DNA of 63,460 nucleotides, the filler included, from Octopus bimaculoides (taxonomy: Eukaryota), in the NCBI RefSeq assembly GCF_001194135.2. It is 4 parts of 4 records of this genome, joined end to end, with 100 filler letters (N's around TTAATTAATTAA, not from the genome) between each part and the next. Parts side by side here need not be neighbours in the genome. Positions count along the whole stretch, not along the records: positions 26,031 to 43,761 come from NC_068995.1; positions 43,862 to 56,651 come from NC_068993.1; 2 more parts are not named here. One strand, written 5' to 3'. The first letter of the stretch is position 1. The number at the start of each line of letters is the position of its first letter. Positions 43,377-54,681 of this stretch are shown in pieces. The notes below the pieces were generated by a model, which was not told the DNA's origin, searched no databases, and worked only from the letters and a program-made list of their open reading frames with translations. Position numbers and translations under genes: made by a program.

Positions 43377-43507
43377 TATATTATATAAGAGCACGTGTAT
43401 TAAATCATACTTTGCAGACATACATTAATATATGTATGTGTATATATATTAGATAAATAACCTTCGAGCAGATAGTCAGCAGCGCCGCCTGGCTAAGGCT
43501 TGGCTAC

Positions 43508-43554
43508 TCTGCATTGACAAGGGGCAACACCCTGAAACTAGTCTAGTCTGCAGA
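43508..43554 (+). ncRNA. Type-I hammerhead motif with two core substitutions, at the apex of a long hairpin
   Basis: Stem I TCTGCA/TGCAGA (6 bp); TTGACAA for CTGACGA; stem II GGGG-caaca-CCCT; GAAA; stem III CTA-gtc-TAG; GUC triplet. Confidence 0.65.
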
Positions 43555-43761
43555 TGCCAAACCAGCAGGGGGACACTGCTGACCTCCCCTGTTCGAAGGT
43601 TATAAAGGACACAGGTTTCGTGTGTCACATAGCTAGCTAGAGGCGATGGCTTCTTGGAGCTAATTCACGGCAGCTTTCGTCCTAATTTTGGGACTGCCAT
43701 GTTGGCTTGGCGATAACTATTAATTTCCAGTACCGCTGCCGTAGTCTCCTTTAGAGAGACT

Positions 43762-43861
43762 NNNNNNNNNNNNNNNNNNNNNNNNNNNNNNNNNNNNNNN
43801 NNNNNTTAATTAATTAANNNNNNNNNNNNNNNNNNNNNNNNNNNNNNNNNNNNNNNNNNNN
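43762..43861. other. Artificial scaffold linker 44N-TTAATTAATTAA-44N
   Basis: Identical to the other two linkers. Confidence 0.95.
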
Positions 43862-43902
<41 letters not shown>

Positions 43903-43907
<5 letters not shown>

Positions 43908-44264
43908 AATATAAAAGAGTGTTTGTATGTGTGTGTGTGTGTGTGTGCGTATGTTCCTTATGCATCCCAAAACCGAGTTGCTGTTTTTGATGTATGGGGT
44001 ATCAAAAGATTCAGTCAGCTTTTGGCTACCAACTAAACTATATTTTCATTCATTTATTTGCATTACAAAAATTTAAGATTATCATTTTCTTTAGTCACCT
44101 GTCGTAAACGACATCTTTTACCACCACCACCACCACTATAACGACGATGACGTCACATTTTCTGTGTTCGCGCGTTCGTAATGTACGTTAGGACAATGAC
44201 TGACAAGTATATGCGTGTGACGGTGTTTGTGTCTGTCGGTATACGTACATTTTTGTGACGAGTG

Positions 44265-44300
<36 letters not shown>

Positions 44301-44340
44301 AGGGACAGAGATAGCCTTTAGGTGTGCTTTAATGTATGTC

Positions 44341-44380
<40 letters not shown>

Positions 44381-45162
44381 TTAGTATATGTATGTGACTT
44401 TCCTTCCACCCAACTGTGAAACGCGTTGATATTGAAAGTTACAACAACTAGGTTTCATTAGAAAGTGAAAATAGTTACACACTTTCAATTTCAGCCAAAA
44501 TTACAGTGTTCGATTACGAGACTGATGATGTGTGAATAATGAAAGAAATTGTTCTCCGAATTAGTCACATCTGTATTATAATAAAGAAAGTTGCTTAGGT
44601 GATCTTTCGTCTTGACTTGAGGAGCTGTCATCTGCGTACTTCAATTTTCATAAAATAATTATCTACTTTTGTTTTAAAGTGAAAGAGAGGAGAAAAAGAA
44701 AGATATATGCACGTGTATATGAAATGGACGTGTGTGTGAGAGTTAGAGAAACGAAGAGAGAGAGGGGAGAGGGAGGGAGAAAGAGAGAGAGAAAGAGGAG
44801 GGGAGAAAGAAAGAGAGAAAGAGGAGGAGAGAAAGAGAGTGACTGAAGGGGTGTGGTCATGTATACGTACATACATCAATACATATGCATACATCTTTTT
44901 TATATGTACNNNNNNNNNNNNNNNNNNNNNNNNNNNNNNNNNNNNNNNNNNNNNNNNNNNNNNNNNNNNNNNNNNNNNNNNNNNNNNNNNNNNNNNNNNN
45001 NNNNNNNNNNNNNNNNNNNNNNNNNNNNNNNNNNNNNNNNNNNNNNNNNNNNNNNNNNNNNNNNNNNNNNNNNNNNNNNNNNNNNNNNNNNNNNNNNNNN
45101 NNNNNNNNNNNNNNNNNNNNNNNNNNNNNNNNNNNNNNNNNNNNNNNNNNNNNNNNNNNNNN

Positions 45163-45242
<80 letters not shown>

Positions 45243-45912
45243 CATTTCATAAACACGTTTATACGTTTTTCACTTTCTCCTCTCTTTCACTTTAAGAGAA
45301 AAGTAAATAAATAAAAAATTTTCACTGAAATTGCAACTTTGAGAGTTAAACGAAACATAGCCGCTGCTTATCTACCTACCAAATAAACTGTTTTTTACTC
45401 AACAACTCTTTTTTACAACTAAAATAACCTCAGCAACCACGCGGGTCGCACAATTTTGAGGTCATTTTCGGACAATATTTCAGTTTGCTTCTAATGTTTC
45501 ACTTTCCTCCGATGTTACACGCATGCGTAGAATTCTACTCGAACAAACATTTGTGAAGATGTACACATAAATATTGTATTTTAATAAGCCACAACCAAAA
45601 AAATGCATTAAAAGGCATCCATTATGAGGAAATACAGTCACTCTCTCTCTCTCTCTCTCTCTCTCACGCACAAAAAGATGTATGCATATGTATTTATGGG
45701 TAAAGGTAAATAATACGCACATCCAGTGTTTAGGGTTAGGGTTACGCCGAAAACGGGTAGTGTATGTATTCTTTATTTCTGCCTATTTATGTACGTGTGT
45801 ATGAAAGATAATGAGTATGAGTGTGTGCGCGTGTGTGTGAGAAAGAGAGAGAGAGAGCGAGTGAGTGACACTTACACATACATGCAAAACAATTCATGCA
45901 TCACAACAAATA

Positions 45913-45967
<55 letters not shown>

Positions 45968-47255
45968 NNNNNNNNNNNNNNNNNNNNNNNNNNNNNNNNN
46001 NNNNNNNNNNNNNNNNNNNNNNNNNNNNNNNNNNNNNNNNNNNNNNNNNNNNNNNNNNNNNNNNNNNNNNNNNNNNNNNNNNNNNNNNNNNNNNNNNNNN
46101 NNNNNNNNNNNNNNNNNNNNNNNNNNNNNNNNNNNNNNNNNNNNNNNNNNNNNNNNNNNNNNNNNNNNNNNNNNNNNNNNNNNNNNNNNNNNNNNNNNNN
46201 NNNNNNNNNNNNNNNNNNNNNNNNNNNNNNNNNNNNNNNNNNNNNNNNNNNNNNNNNNNNNNNNNNNNNNNNNNNNNNNNNNNNNNNNNNNNNNNNNNNN
46301 NNNNNNNNNNNNNNNNNNNNNNNNNNNNNNNNNNNNNNNNNNNNNNNNNNNNNNNNNNNNNNNNNNNNNNNNNNNNNNNNNNNNNNNNNNNNNNNNNNNN
46401 NNNNNNNNNNNNNNNNNNNNNNNNNNNNNNNNNNNNNNNNNNNNNNNNNNNNNNNNNNNNNNNNNNNNNNNNNNNNNNNNNNNNNNNNNNNNNNNNNNNN
46501 NNNNNNNNNNNNNNNNNNNNNNNNNNNNNNNNNNNNNNNNNNNNNNNNNNNNNNNNNNNNNNNNNNNNNNNNNNNNNNNNACATAGAGTACGACTCTTTA
46601 AGAATTTTACCCATCACCTCACCACTTTCAAAAAGTTACACACTTCCAATATTTCACTTTTAGCTTTTTGGAAAGCGGGGAAGTTTCTTCAGAAATAATG
46701 TCGTTTAACCTTTTGTTTCTAGCATGTTGTGTTTTCTGATGGTGATCTGGTATTTTTTAAGTTTGCTATTTCAGTAGAATTCTACGCATGCAGGAAACAT
46801 CAGACAAAAGTGAAAATGAGTAGGTGATGAGTGGGCGAGGGGGGGGGAGGCATTGAGTGTGTCTCTAAGAAAACTTAAACTATAAAAAATATATGTATTT
46901 CCCAGATTCGTAACGTTTGTATTTTTCTTCGTAGAGAAGAAAAAAATCGAAAAAGTTACAAATTAAGAAATTGAGGTGAGGATGGGGGAAAATTGAAATT
47001 TTGAAAACGTGATTTCTGGACAAAATCGTAATAACCCCCTTTTATACGATGAAACAAAACTTCTTAAGAACAGAAAGCACTTTCATGCAAACCCATGCAA
47101 ATTTTACCCTCCTCCTTCACTTTTTAACAAACAATAACTTCTATTATGCCATTAACTATATATCAGTGGTGTCGATTCAGCCCATAAGAAAGGAGCAAAT
47201 AATACAATGTGCCTGTAGGTCGTAACACCCGAGCAACGCTAGGATGCATTGCAAG
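43903..47255 (+). mobile_element. Non-autonomous Helitron-like element with internal microsatellites and inverted duplications
   Basis: Head 43911-44165 matches 47273-47510; degenerate 3' end cccgagcaacgctagg...CAAG|T at 47228-47255 resembles 43349-43376. Confidence 0.55.
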
Positions 47256-47263
47256 TATATATA

Positions 47264-47700
47264 TCTATAACTATAAAAGAGAGTTTGTATGAGTGTGTGT
47301 GCGCGTATGTTCCTTATGCATTCCAAACCGAGTTGCTGATTTTTATGTATGGGGTATCAAAAGATTCAGTATTATTTCCGCTACCAACTAAACTTTATTT
47401 TTATTGACATATTTCCATTACAAAACTTTTAAATTGTAATCTTTATTATAACTCAACTATCGTAAGCATTTTATACGACGACGATGATGATGACGTCACA
47501 TTTTCTAAATGAGTGTGTACCTTAAAAGACATCCATCATTACGACACACACCTTCACTCACTCACTCACTTTATCTCTCTCTCTCTTTCTCTCTTTCTCT
47601 CGCACGCACACACACACACATACACACGCGTCCATTTCATATACACGTACATGCATCTTATTTTTACGGAATGACCGAGTTAAACGCAGAATAAGAAAAA
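47264..47700 (+). mobile_element. Second Helitron-like copy, 5' part
   Basis: Starts A|TCTATAACTATAAAAGAG (TC 5' end) eight bases after the previous 3' end; shares gtatgttccttatgcattccaaaccgagttgctg...tggggtatcaaaagattcagt and cacacgcgtccatttcatatacacgt. Confidence 0.55.
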
Positions 47701-48116
47701 GAAAGAGAGACAGAAAACAAGCTTCTATAGGAGAAGTTGAAAGACAGATAGCGGGTGAGACACAGACGTTGATGTTTCATACCCTGTGTATGTTCTATAG
47801 TTGAAAGTGAAAGAAAGCCAGCACAAAATTGATACTGTATGTTCTATAGGTGAAGGTGAAAGAAAGCGACACAAAGAGAGGGGGAAAGCGGGAGAGAAGG
47901 GGACGTCGAGAACCCTTAAAATGAGGTCGCGTTATACAATTTTAAGGTCATTTTCACTTTCGTCCCTATTTATCACAAGTAGATAAAATGTAAAGGTGAG
48001 AGATCAGGAATATATGTTATAAAGGTTCAATTTCCAATTTAAAATATGGGCTAATTAATAGCCCTAGATGACCATGGTAGAAGTTAAAATACTATAATTT
48101 GATAATTTTAACTACT

Positions 48117-49885
48117 TTATAAAAACTTTTTGTTTTTAAATTTAAAAGTGCGAGTAGAGCAGTGTACACACGATACCCTGAGGTCTAATCTATTATTGAT
48201 TAGATTAGGATTATTTCTAAGTTTAAAATTTTCATATATTTCCATAGAACATAATTCACATCCATATCTATTATTTCTATAANNNNNNNNNNNNNNNNNN
48301 NNNNNNNNNNNNNNNNNNNNNNNNNNNNNNNNNNNNNNNNNNNNNNNNNNNNNNNNNNNNNNNNNNNNNNNNNNNNNNNNNNNNNNNNNNNNNNNNNNNN
48401 NNNNNNNNNNNNNNNNNNNNNNNNNNNNNNNNNNNNNNNNNNNNNNNNNNNNNNNNNNNNNNNNNNNNNNNNNNNNNNNNNNNNNNNNNNNNNNNNNNNN
48501 NNNNNNNNNNNNNNNNNNNNNNNNNNNNNNNNNNNNNNNNNNNNNNNNNNNNNNNNNNNNNNNNNNNNNNNNNNNNNNNNNNNNNNNNNNNNNNNNNNNN
48601 NNNNNNNNNNNNNNNNNNNNNNNNNNNNNNNNNNNNNNNNNNNNNNNNNNNNNNNNNNNNNNNNNNNNNNNNNNNNNNNNNNNNNNNNNNNNNNNNNNNN
48701 NNNNNNNNNNNNNNNNNNNNNNNNNNNNNNNNNNNNNNNNNNNNNNNNNNNNNNNNNNNNNNNNNNNNNNNNNNNNNNNNNNNNNNNNNNNNNNNNNNNN
48801 NNNNNNNNNNNNNNNNNNNNNNNNNNNNNNNNNNNNNNNNNNNNNNNNNNNNNNNNNNNNNNNNNNNNNNNNNNNNNNNNNNNNNNNNNNNNNNNNNNNN
48901 NNNNNNNNNNNNNNNNNNNNNNNNNNNNNNNNNNNNNNNNNNNNNNNNNNNNNNNNNNNNNNNNNNNNNNNNNNNNNNNNNNNNNNNNNNNNNNNNNNNN
49001 NNNNNNNNNNNNNNNNNNNNNNNNNNNNNNNNNNNNNNNNNNNNNNNNNNNNNNNNNNNNNNNNNNNNNNNNNNNNNNNNNNNNNATTTTTAACTTCATT
49101 TATTCTAGCTGACCTGATGTTCTTTTTGTTTAACCTAGCTATGATTGAACCCACATTAGGAAGGGTAGAGTAAGAAACTCTGACTGTATGACAAGAGAAA
49201 ATTCTACTGTATCTGTGAGAAGAAGGGAAATTTTTTTGTAAAATACTCATAAATTTTTTGTAAATATTTGTGGATATTGCACAGTTGAAGGGGATATTTA
49301 ACTAGATAGAGTTTTTATTTTTTCTCTTAAATTTATTGTGTGGGTGAGTATGGGGTATACTTTGATTACTATTACTTCTCAGAGCAATGTTATTATTAAG
49401 ATTGGTAGTTCTTTTAGATGCGGGATACTTTTTATTTATATCATTGGTTTCACCATTACTGTCTACTAACATTGGTTTATTACTCGTGTTAGCATGTAGT
49501 TTACTATTAAAAGTACTTTATTACTTTTCTTATTAGTTAAATTTTTAGGCATATAGGGCTGCTTTTTATTTGGTCCATTATTACTACTACTTAAGTTATT
49601 AGGTTTGTTATAACATCTATGATTATTATTATTATTATTGTTGTTATTAGTATTATTATCATTACTATCATTATTATTATCTGCATCAAGGAGAGATGTC
49701 CTACCAGGACTAAGGAAAGAAATTTTGGGGGCATATCCAGCTTTAGACAAAGCCACATTATAGTAGTTTGAATTAGAATTAAATATATCAATGTTGGAAG
49801 ATAATTTAGTAATTCTCTCAGAAATACTTGGCTATGTCAAGATGGATTTTTATGTATTCTTCCTCCCACTTGGATTTGAAATGTT
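48117..49885 (-). mobile_element. Penelope-like retroelement (Naiad-type), thumb/linker and C-terminal ORF remnant
   Basis: ISERITKLSSNIDIFNSNSNYYNVALSKAGY; PFNCAISTNIYKKFMSILQKNFPSSHRYSRIFSCHTVRVSYSTLPNVGSII; C-terminal CELCSME...NLINNRLDLRVSCVH. The GIY-YIG core would lie in the N-gap 48283-49085. Confidence 0.85.
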
Positions 49886-50410
49886 NNNNNNNNNNNNNNN
49901 NNNNNNNNNNNNNNNNNNNNNNNNNNNNNNNNNNNNNNNNNNNNNNNNNNNNNNNNNNNNNNNNNNNNNNNNNNNNNNNNNNNNNNNNNNNNNNNNNNNN
50001 NNNNNNNNNNNNNNNNNNNNNNNNNNNNNNNNNNNNNNNNNNNNNNNNNNNNNNNNNNNNNNNNNNNNNNNNNNNNNNNNNNNNNNNNNNNNNNNNNNNN
50101 NNNNNNNNNNNNNNNNNNNNNNNNNNNNNNNNNNNNNNNNNNNNNNNNNNNNNNNNNNNNNNNNNNNNNNNNNNNNNNNNNNNNNNNNNNNNNNNNNNNN
50201 NNNNNNNNNNNNNNNNNNNNNNNNNNNNNNNNNNNNNNNNNNNNNNNNNNNNNNNNNNNNNNNNNNNNNNNNNNNNNNNNNNNNNNNNNNNNNNNNNNNN
50301 NNNNNNNNNNNNNNNNNNNNNNNNNNNNNNNNTATATATACATATATACATCTATATATATGCATGTATTTTTATATGCATGTATATATTTGTATATATG
50401 TATAAATATA

Positions 50411-50800
50411 TTGTTGTTGTAGGCATCCTTTTGTCTCGGGAGACAATGGAGTTGCGCATAAACTAATCCTGTCTGTTTTTTACATTTCATGTCCTCTCCA
50501 GTTTTGCGCAGGCCTGGGCTAGATGTAAGAAAATCCTGGGTAACCTAATCGTCAGGATTCCTCTCTCGACCTTGTTGACATAGTCCAAAGGAGTGCAGAG
50601 CATTACGTTTGGCACCAACTTGGTTGCAGGAGCTGCCGGAAGAGTGTCGAGTTGAACACTAAACCGCCTACGGGGCTCCACTCCGGATTTCTTTGAAGTT
50701 TGTCTCCTTTCCGTAACCCTGGAAAGGGGCCCATACCGGGCATTGTCAGCCGGAGCCAGCTGAGCCCGGGACTTGTGTTGCTGTTGCTGCTGCTTTTTGA
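50411..50800 (-). mobile_element. Short RTE-related non-autonomous element
   Basis: Minus-strand 3' end ...ttgtctcccgagacaaaaggatgcct+(ACA)n tail with terminal stem-loop (50431-50446); GC-rich upstream part resembles RTE 5' UTRs from recall; no RT ORF between them. Confidence 0.45.
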
Positions 50801-50980
50801 TCACTTCTTAGCATACTTCACCAAATCGGTCGAGCTCAGTGGCATTTCGTTGTTTCAATATTGATGAATTGTCAATGAAACATCAATCAAATGTTGAAAT
50901 AGATATAATCGATTGTAACCCTCTTCGCAAACTTTTAGCTTTGCATCTATGTAAGAAATCATCAGTATCATTATCATTAT

Positions 50981-51170
50981 GAAAGCAGTGGGCTAGTTGA
51001 ATCGTTAGGGTATCAGACACAATACCTCACAGTATATAATACAGATCATTACGTTCTGAGTTCAAATCCCACCGAGATCAAGTTTGCTGTTCATCCTTCC
51101 AGGGTCGATAAATTAGCACCCTCCCCTATGTTTGGCTTTCTGTCTATATTAGAAACTATTATTATTACTG
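50981..51170 (+). mobile_element. SINE family A, degenerate
   Basis: ttacgttctgagttcaaatcccaccgagatcaagtttgctgttcatccttccagggtcgataaatt; (ATT) tail. Confidence 0.8.
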
Positions 51171-51214
51171 TTATTTAGTCGTAGGAACAGAAGGAGTAAA
51201 ATGGCGTATAACCT

Positions 51215-52560
51215 CTTACACTGGTGAGGTGGGTTCAGTTGATATAGAGCTTGAATTAGGGAAAATATGGAAATGAAGGACATGCAGAAAGTTGCAGTTT
51301 TGAAGATCAGTGATTGAGAAAATTGCTAAGTATGTGGTTTGGTGGGTGAGAAACATTACGGATGATGAGAATAGAACAGGGCACATTGCATGAATCAAAG
51401 TGGCCACGATTTCAGAGCTAATAGTCCAAATAGACGAGTCAAAATACATCCGTAGTGGAGTGTGCTCCTCAGTGAAGCTTTCTTATAAGTTTGCTGAATC
51501 GTTTGAGATTATATGTATAATATATACTATCCAAATATGTAAACAGTACTCTAATATGCGTCCTATTTGTGCATTGTAACGAGTGAGAAATTTTGCAGAA
51601 TGAAAGTAATATGACCTTGATGTAACGTTGTAAATATGTGGTGGCCATGAGCGATGATCAGAATATCAGATTTTTTATTTGTAAAGATATTTTATGATTT
51701 TAAAGAGAGTGAAATGATATAGATGAGAAATAAGAAATAAACAGAGAACAAATCCAGTCTGGCCTTGCTATCAGTGTTTAATCTCTCTACCTCGCACATA
51801 AAATTCTTTCCTCTCATTCTCTTCTCTATAAAATTACAATCCTCTGGAACAACATCGTATCCATGTTTTCCCTTCTTATAACAACTTAAAAATTTCACTC
51901 TTAACATAAGTGTATCAATCTCTCGAATATGAGAATAATTCCGCACAATATCGACGCTGTTGCAATTCTCAAAGTAAATATAAAAACTATAATGTTAAGT
52001 TAAAGAATAATCAAGTACTCTCTTCTTCAGACATATCAGTTTCGTTGTCATCCTTTTAGTTTCAATATACTGGACATCTATTTCTGTATTGGTTTAATAG
52101 TAAAGTATCATTGATGTTTGTAACATATTAAACAGTTTAGTTACTGAAGTGGGGGTGGAAAACATTAGATTGGTAGTTAATAAAAGTAAAACAAAGATAA
52201 GAATCCAGAATGAGAATATCCTTGGTGAAGAACTATAATTATTTTGGCACATTTATATCCGGTAATAGTTTCCTTCACTCGAAACTTCAAGAGAAACTGA
52301 AAGAAGGTTGAACAAGCAATGAAAATGTTGAAACCAGAATAGACTCCAGCACTAATTTAATGTATTTATTTTTGCTGATGCTGTTTTAGTTAGTGCTGTA
52401 CAATATTTTAGCTAGTGCTGTACAATATTCGAAGGCAGGTTGAGCTGATCTCAAACCTTTGCTTACTTTATCTGTCGATATCACTATTTCTGTGGAGATG
52501 TGCAGTTGATGTCAGAATATTGCGGGTTTTAACGTCAATCGAGTGGATTTAGTCTATAGA
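51215..52560 (-). mobile_element. Decayed L2-group LINE ORF2 fragments
   Basis: 52560-52200: ISTDKVSKGL...EYCTALAKIL...PDIKCAKIIIVLHQG. 51690-51215: LSWPPHI...FLTRYNAQIGRILEYCLHIW (LYKAQIRPxLEYCSHIW-like)...SSEI...HIFPNS. Highly degenerate. Confidence 0.45.
51692..51994 (-). CDS. 100-codon open frame with extended-Tudor-like residue pattern (or chance ORF in a LINE remnant)
   Basis: YIYFENCNSVDIVRNYSHIREIDTLMLRVKFLSCYKKG...EDCNFIEKRMRGKNFMCEVERLNTDSKARLDLF; candidate acceptor ttaacattatag at 51988-51987; no strong donor. Confidence 0.2.
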   Translation of the reverse strand, partial: HYSFYIYFENCNSVDIVRNYSHIREIDTLMLRVKFLSCYKKGKHGYDVVPEDCNFIEKRMRGKNFMCEVERLNTDSKARLDLFSVYFLFLIYIISLSLKS

Positions 52561-52699
52561 TCAAGCAAGTATCCCAAATGTTGGAATCAACACTGGTACT
52601 GCAAATACATTGTGAGATATTCTCTTGTTATAAAAAAAAAGTTCCGACTGCCATATTTTTCTAAGTCTGGCATTCTGGCATGTATGTATGTATGTATAT

Positions 52700-54681
52700 T
52701 AGGGTTATGACTTTTTGATATGGGGTTCGGAGAAGTAAACAATTTCCTATGTCAAAAGTCGATGAACAATTTTATATAAGTGGGAAAATAACCTTAATTT
52801 TAACTATTTTAAGAAAAAACATCACCCCCAACTGGAGAAATCTAGCACCACTTTTGATCCAAATCATGCAAAAATCTAAGTGGGGTTCATAATGCCTACT
52901 CAAGTTTTTACCAAACTTGATGTGCTGGTTTAATGCAATGCAGAAGCAGTTTATCTCCAATTTTTAAGTAGTTTAGAAGTTATAGAGTTTTTAATTTGTT
53001 ACCACTAAGGCAGTACTTTAGGAAATATCTCTTCCTTTTCTTTTTATTTCTGTAACGCTAAAAACTCTGACTATATTCACTGTGCTTCAGAATAGTAGGC
53101 TTATCCAACTAGAGTATCTAAAATAATGTTTCATAAGAGAAGTGCTTGTGTCTCTCAAAGAAACAAAAAAATCTGGACGAAGAATCTCGTGCAATTTCAA
53201 GAGTCACATAGGAAAAGAAGACCTGCTCCTCTAGAACATTCTTTGGAAAACAGCTGCAGGATAACAATGAAACTTCAAATTGTCGGTCGCTACCTCTTCC
53301 TCGGAGGTATCATCAAAGGAAGGAAAGAAAGAACAAAAGAAATTTCGAAAGAAGTAACTTTTTTTATGGCAAAGGAAAGAAATTAAATTTCCCATATTTA
53401 CCAATTCAAAATGTACAAGCAAAAGTAGAAAAAGTGCTGAATACTTACGATAAATGTGCAAAACGAGGAAAATATGATTCATTGAAAGGAATTTTTGACA
53501 TCACAAAAGAAAACGTTCAATGGCTGTGCAGTGAGGATAGAAAGTTATATTATCTGCAAATTGAAAGCAAGGGACAGGTATGGAACTGGAAAGGCAGCCA
53601 GTTCCAGAACTATCCATCCATCCAAAAGAAGAAAAGTGTCCGTAATGTCAACTTCAACCAGAGCAACTCCAGTGTCATCGTAAACGTCTGATGCAGCGAC
53701 TGAATGTCAATATCAAGAGTCCGAAAAATCAGATGAAGAATCCACACAAACAAGGAGGAAGTATAGCAAAACTGGAACTGAATCCAAGTTAGTAATATCT
53801 TCCAAGCTATCAACCCGAAAAGCAGCAACAGTTCGTCGACAATTATCTCAAGATGGAATCATGTCGAGACTCCTTCCCAATCTGGTATTTACAGATCGAC
53901 TATCAAAGAAGCTGTTAGACTAAAAAAGAAAATGAAGAAAACACTACATTTAGAAAACTGGTCATTGTATTTTGGTGGTAAACGTATTGATGACCAAGAA
54001 TACCAAGTGTTAGTTTTAAAGAATGAACAGAGACAAGTTAAGTTAGAAGTACTACAATTACCAAACGGAAAAGCCAATACTGTTGTGAAAGGAATAACAG
54101 CTGTTTTAGATGAATAGAATTTATGGAACTATGTAAAGATGATTGTCGCTGAAACAACGAGTGTGAACACTGGGAAAAGAAATGGCCTTGTCATTCAGTT
54201 GTAAAGACTGTTTGCTCAAAAGGGTTCGAAAGAACTGCAATTTATTGGTTGTCAGCATCATATCCTTGATAGAGTTTTTTGTGTTGTAATGGATAACGAA
54301 CTTGGAGAAAAAAGTCATCTCCCAATAGTGAATATACATTCATCCCAGAGCTTCTAAGTAATTACGAGAAACTCCAGGCTAATTTCAACAATGGTGAAGA
54401 AAAGATTACTGAATCAGTAGGATGGCGAGATGACATGAAACTTCTATTTCATTTGACCAGAGTTTTTCGTTTCTTTGAAGAAACCGGAAAATTTCCTACT
54501 GTAAGTTTCGAAAAATACCCAAGTAATACAAGATGGAATTCTCTTTTGGCATTTATTCTTCTACCAGAGAAAAATGTTTTGCTTCTCAATGTTTGTCGAT
54601 TCATCTCTTGCAGCTGGGCAGATTTTTGGTTTATTGACCAAATGTTCAATGCACATGATTATCAGAAGTTATGTAGTAGCC
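52700..54681 (+). mobile_element. Decayed hAT-superfamily (hATm-like) DNA transposon with transposase pseudogene
   Basis: GIFDI...WLCSEDRKLYYLQIESKG; SLYFGGK (LHFDGK-like); IVAETTSVNTGKRNG (DTTxxNTG-like); FIGCQHHILD (CxxH, 54250-54261); NTRWNS. In-frame stops at 54115 and 54202. Left end TAGGGT at 52700; right end lost in the gap. Confidence 0.75.

Noticed and set aside
47960-48015. Minus-strand CTGATC...GACGAAAG downstream of the 48.1-49.9 kb PLE, where a pLTR hammerhead is expected
   Set aside because: Lacks G8/A9 and any stem III/NUH; only a short tttacatttt match to the 61-62 kb pLTR
48040-49885. Possible mitochondrial insertion (very AT-rich, T-skewed)
   Set aside because: Minus-strand translation gives Penelope-like thumb and C-terminal motifs; no mitochondrial gene motif found
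51425-51450. Plus-strand VQIDESKY resembling the Merlin/IS1595 first Asp motif
   Set aside because: No downstream motifs; region is better explained as a minus-strand LINE remnant
52391-52429. 17-bp direct repeat tagtgctgtacaatatt x2
   Set aside because: Only 5 bp apart; simple local duplication, not a CRISPR array or TSD pair
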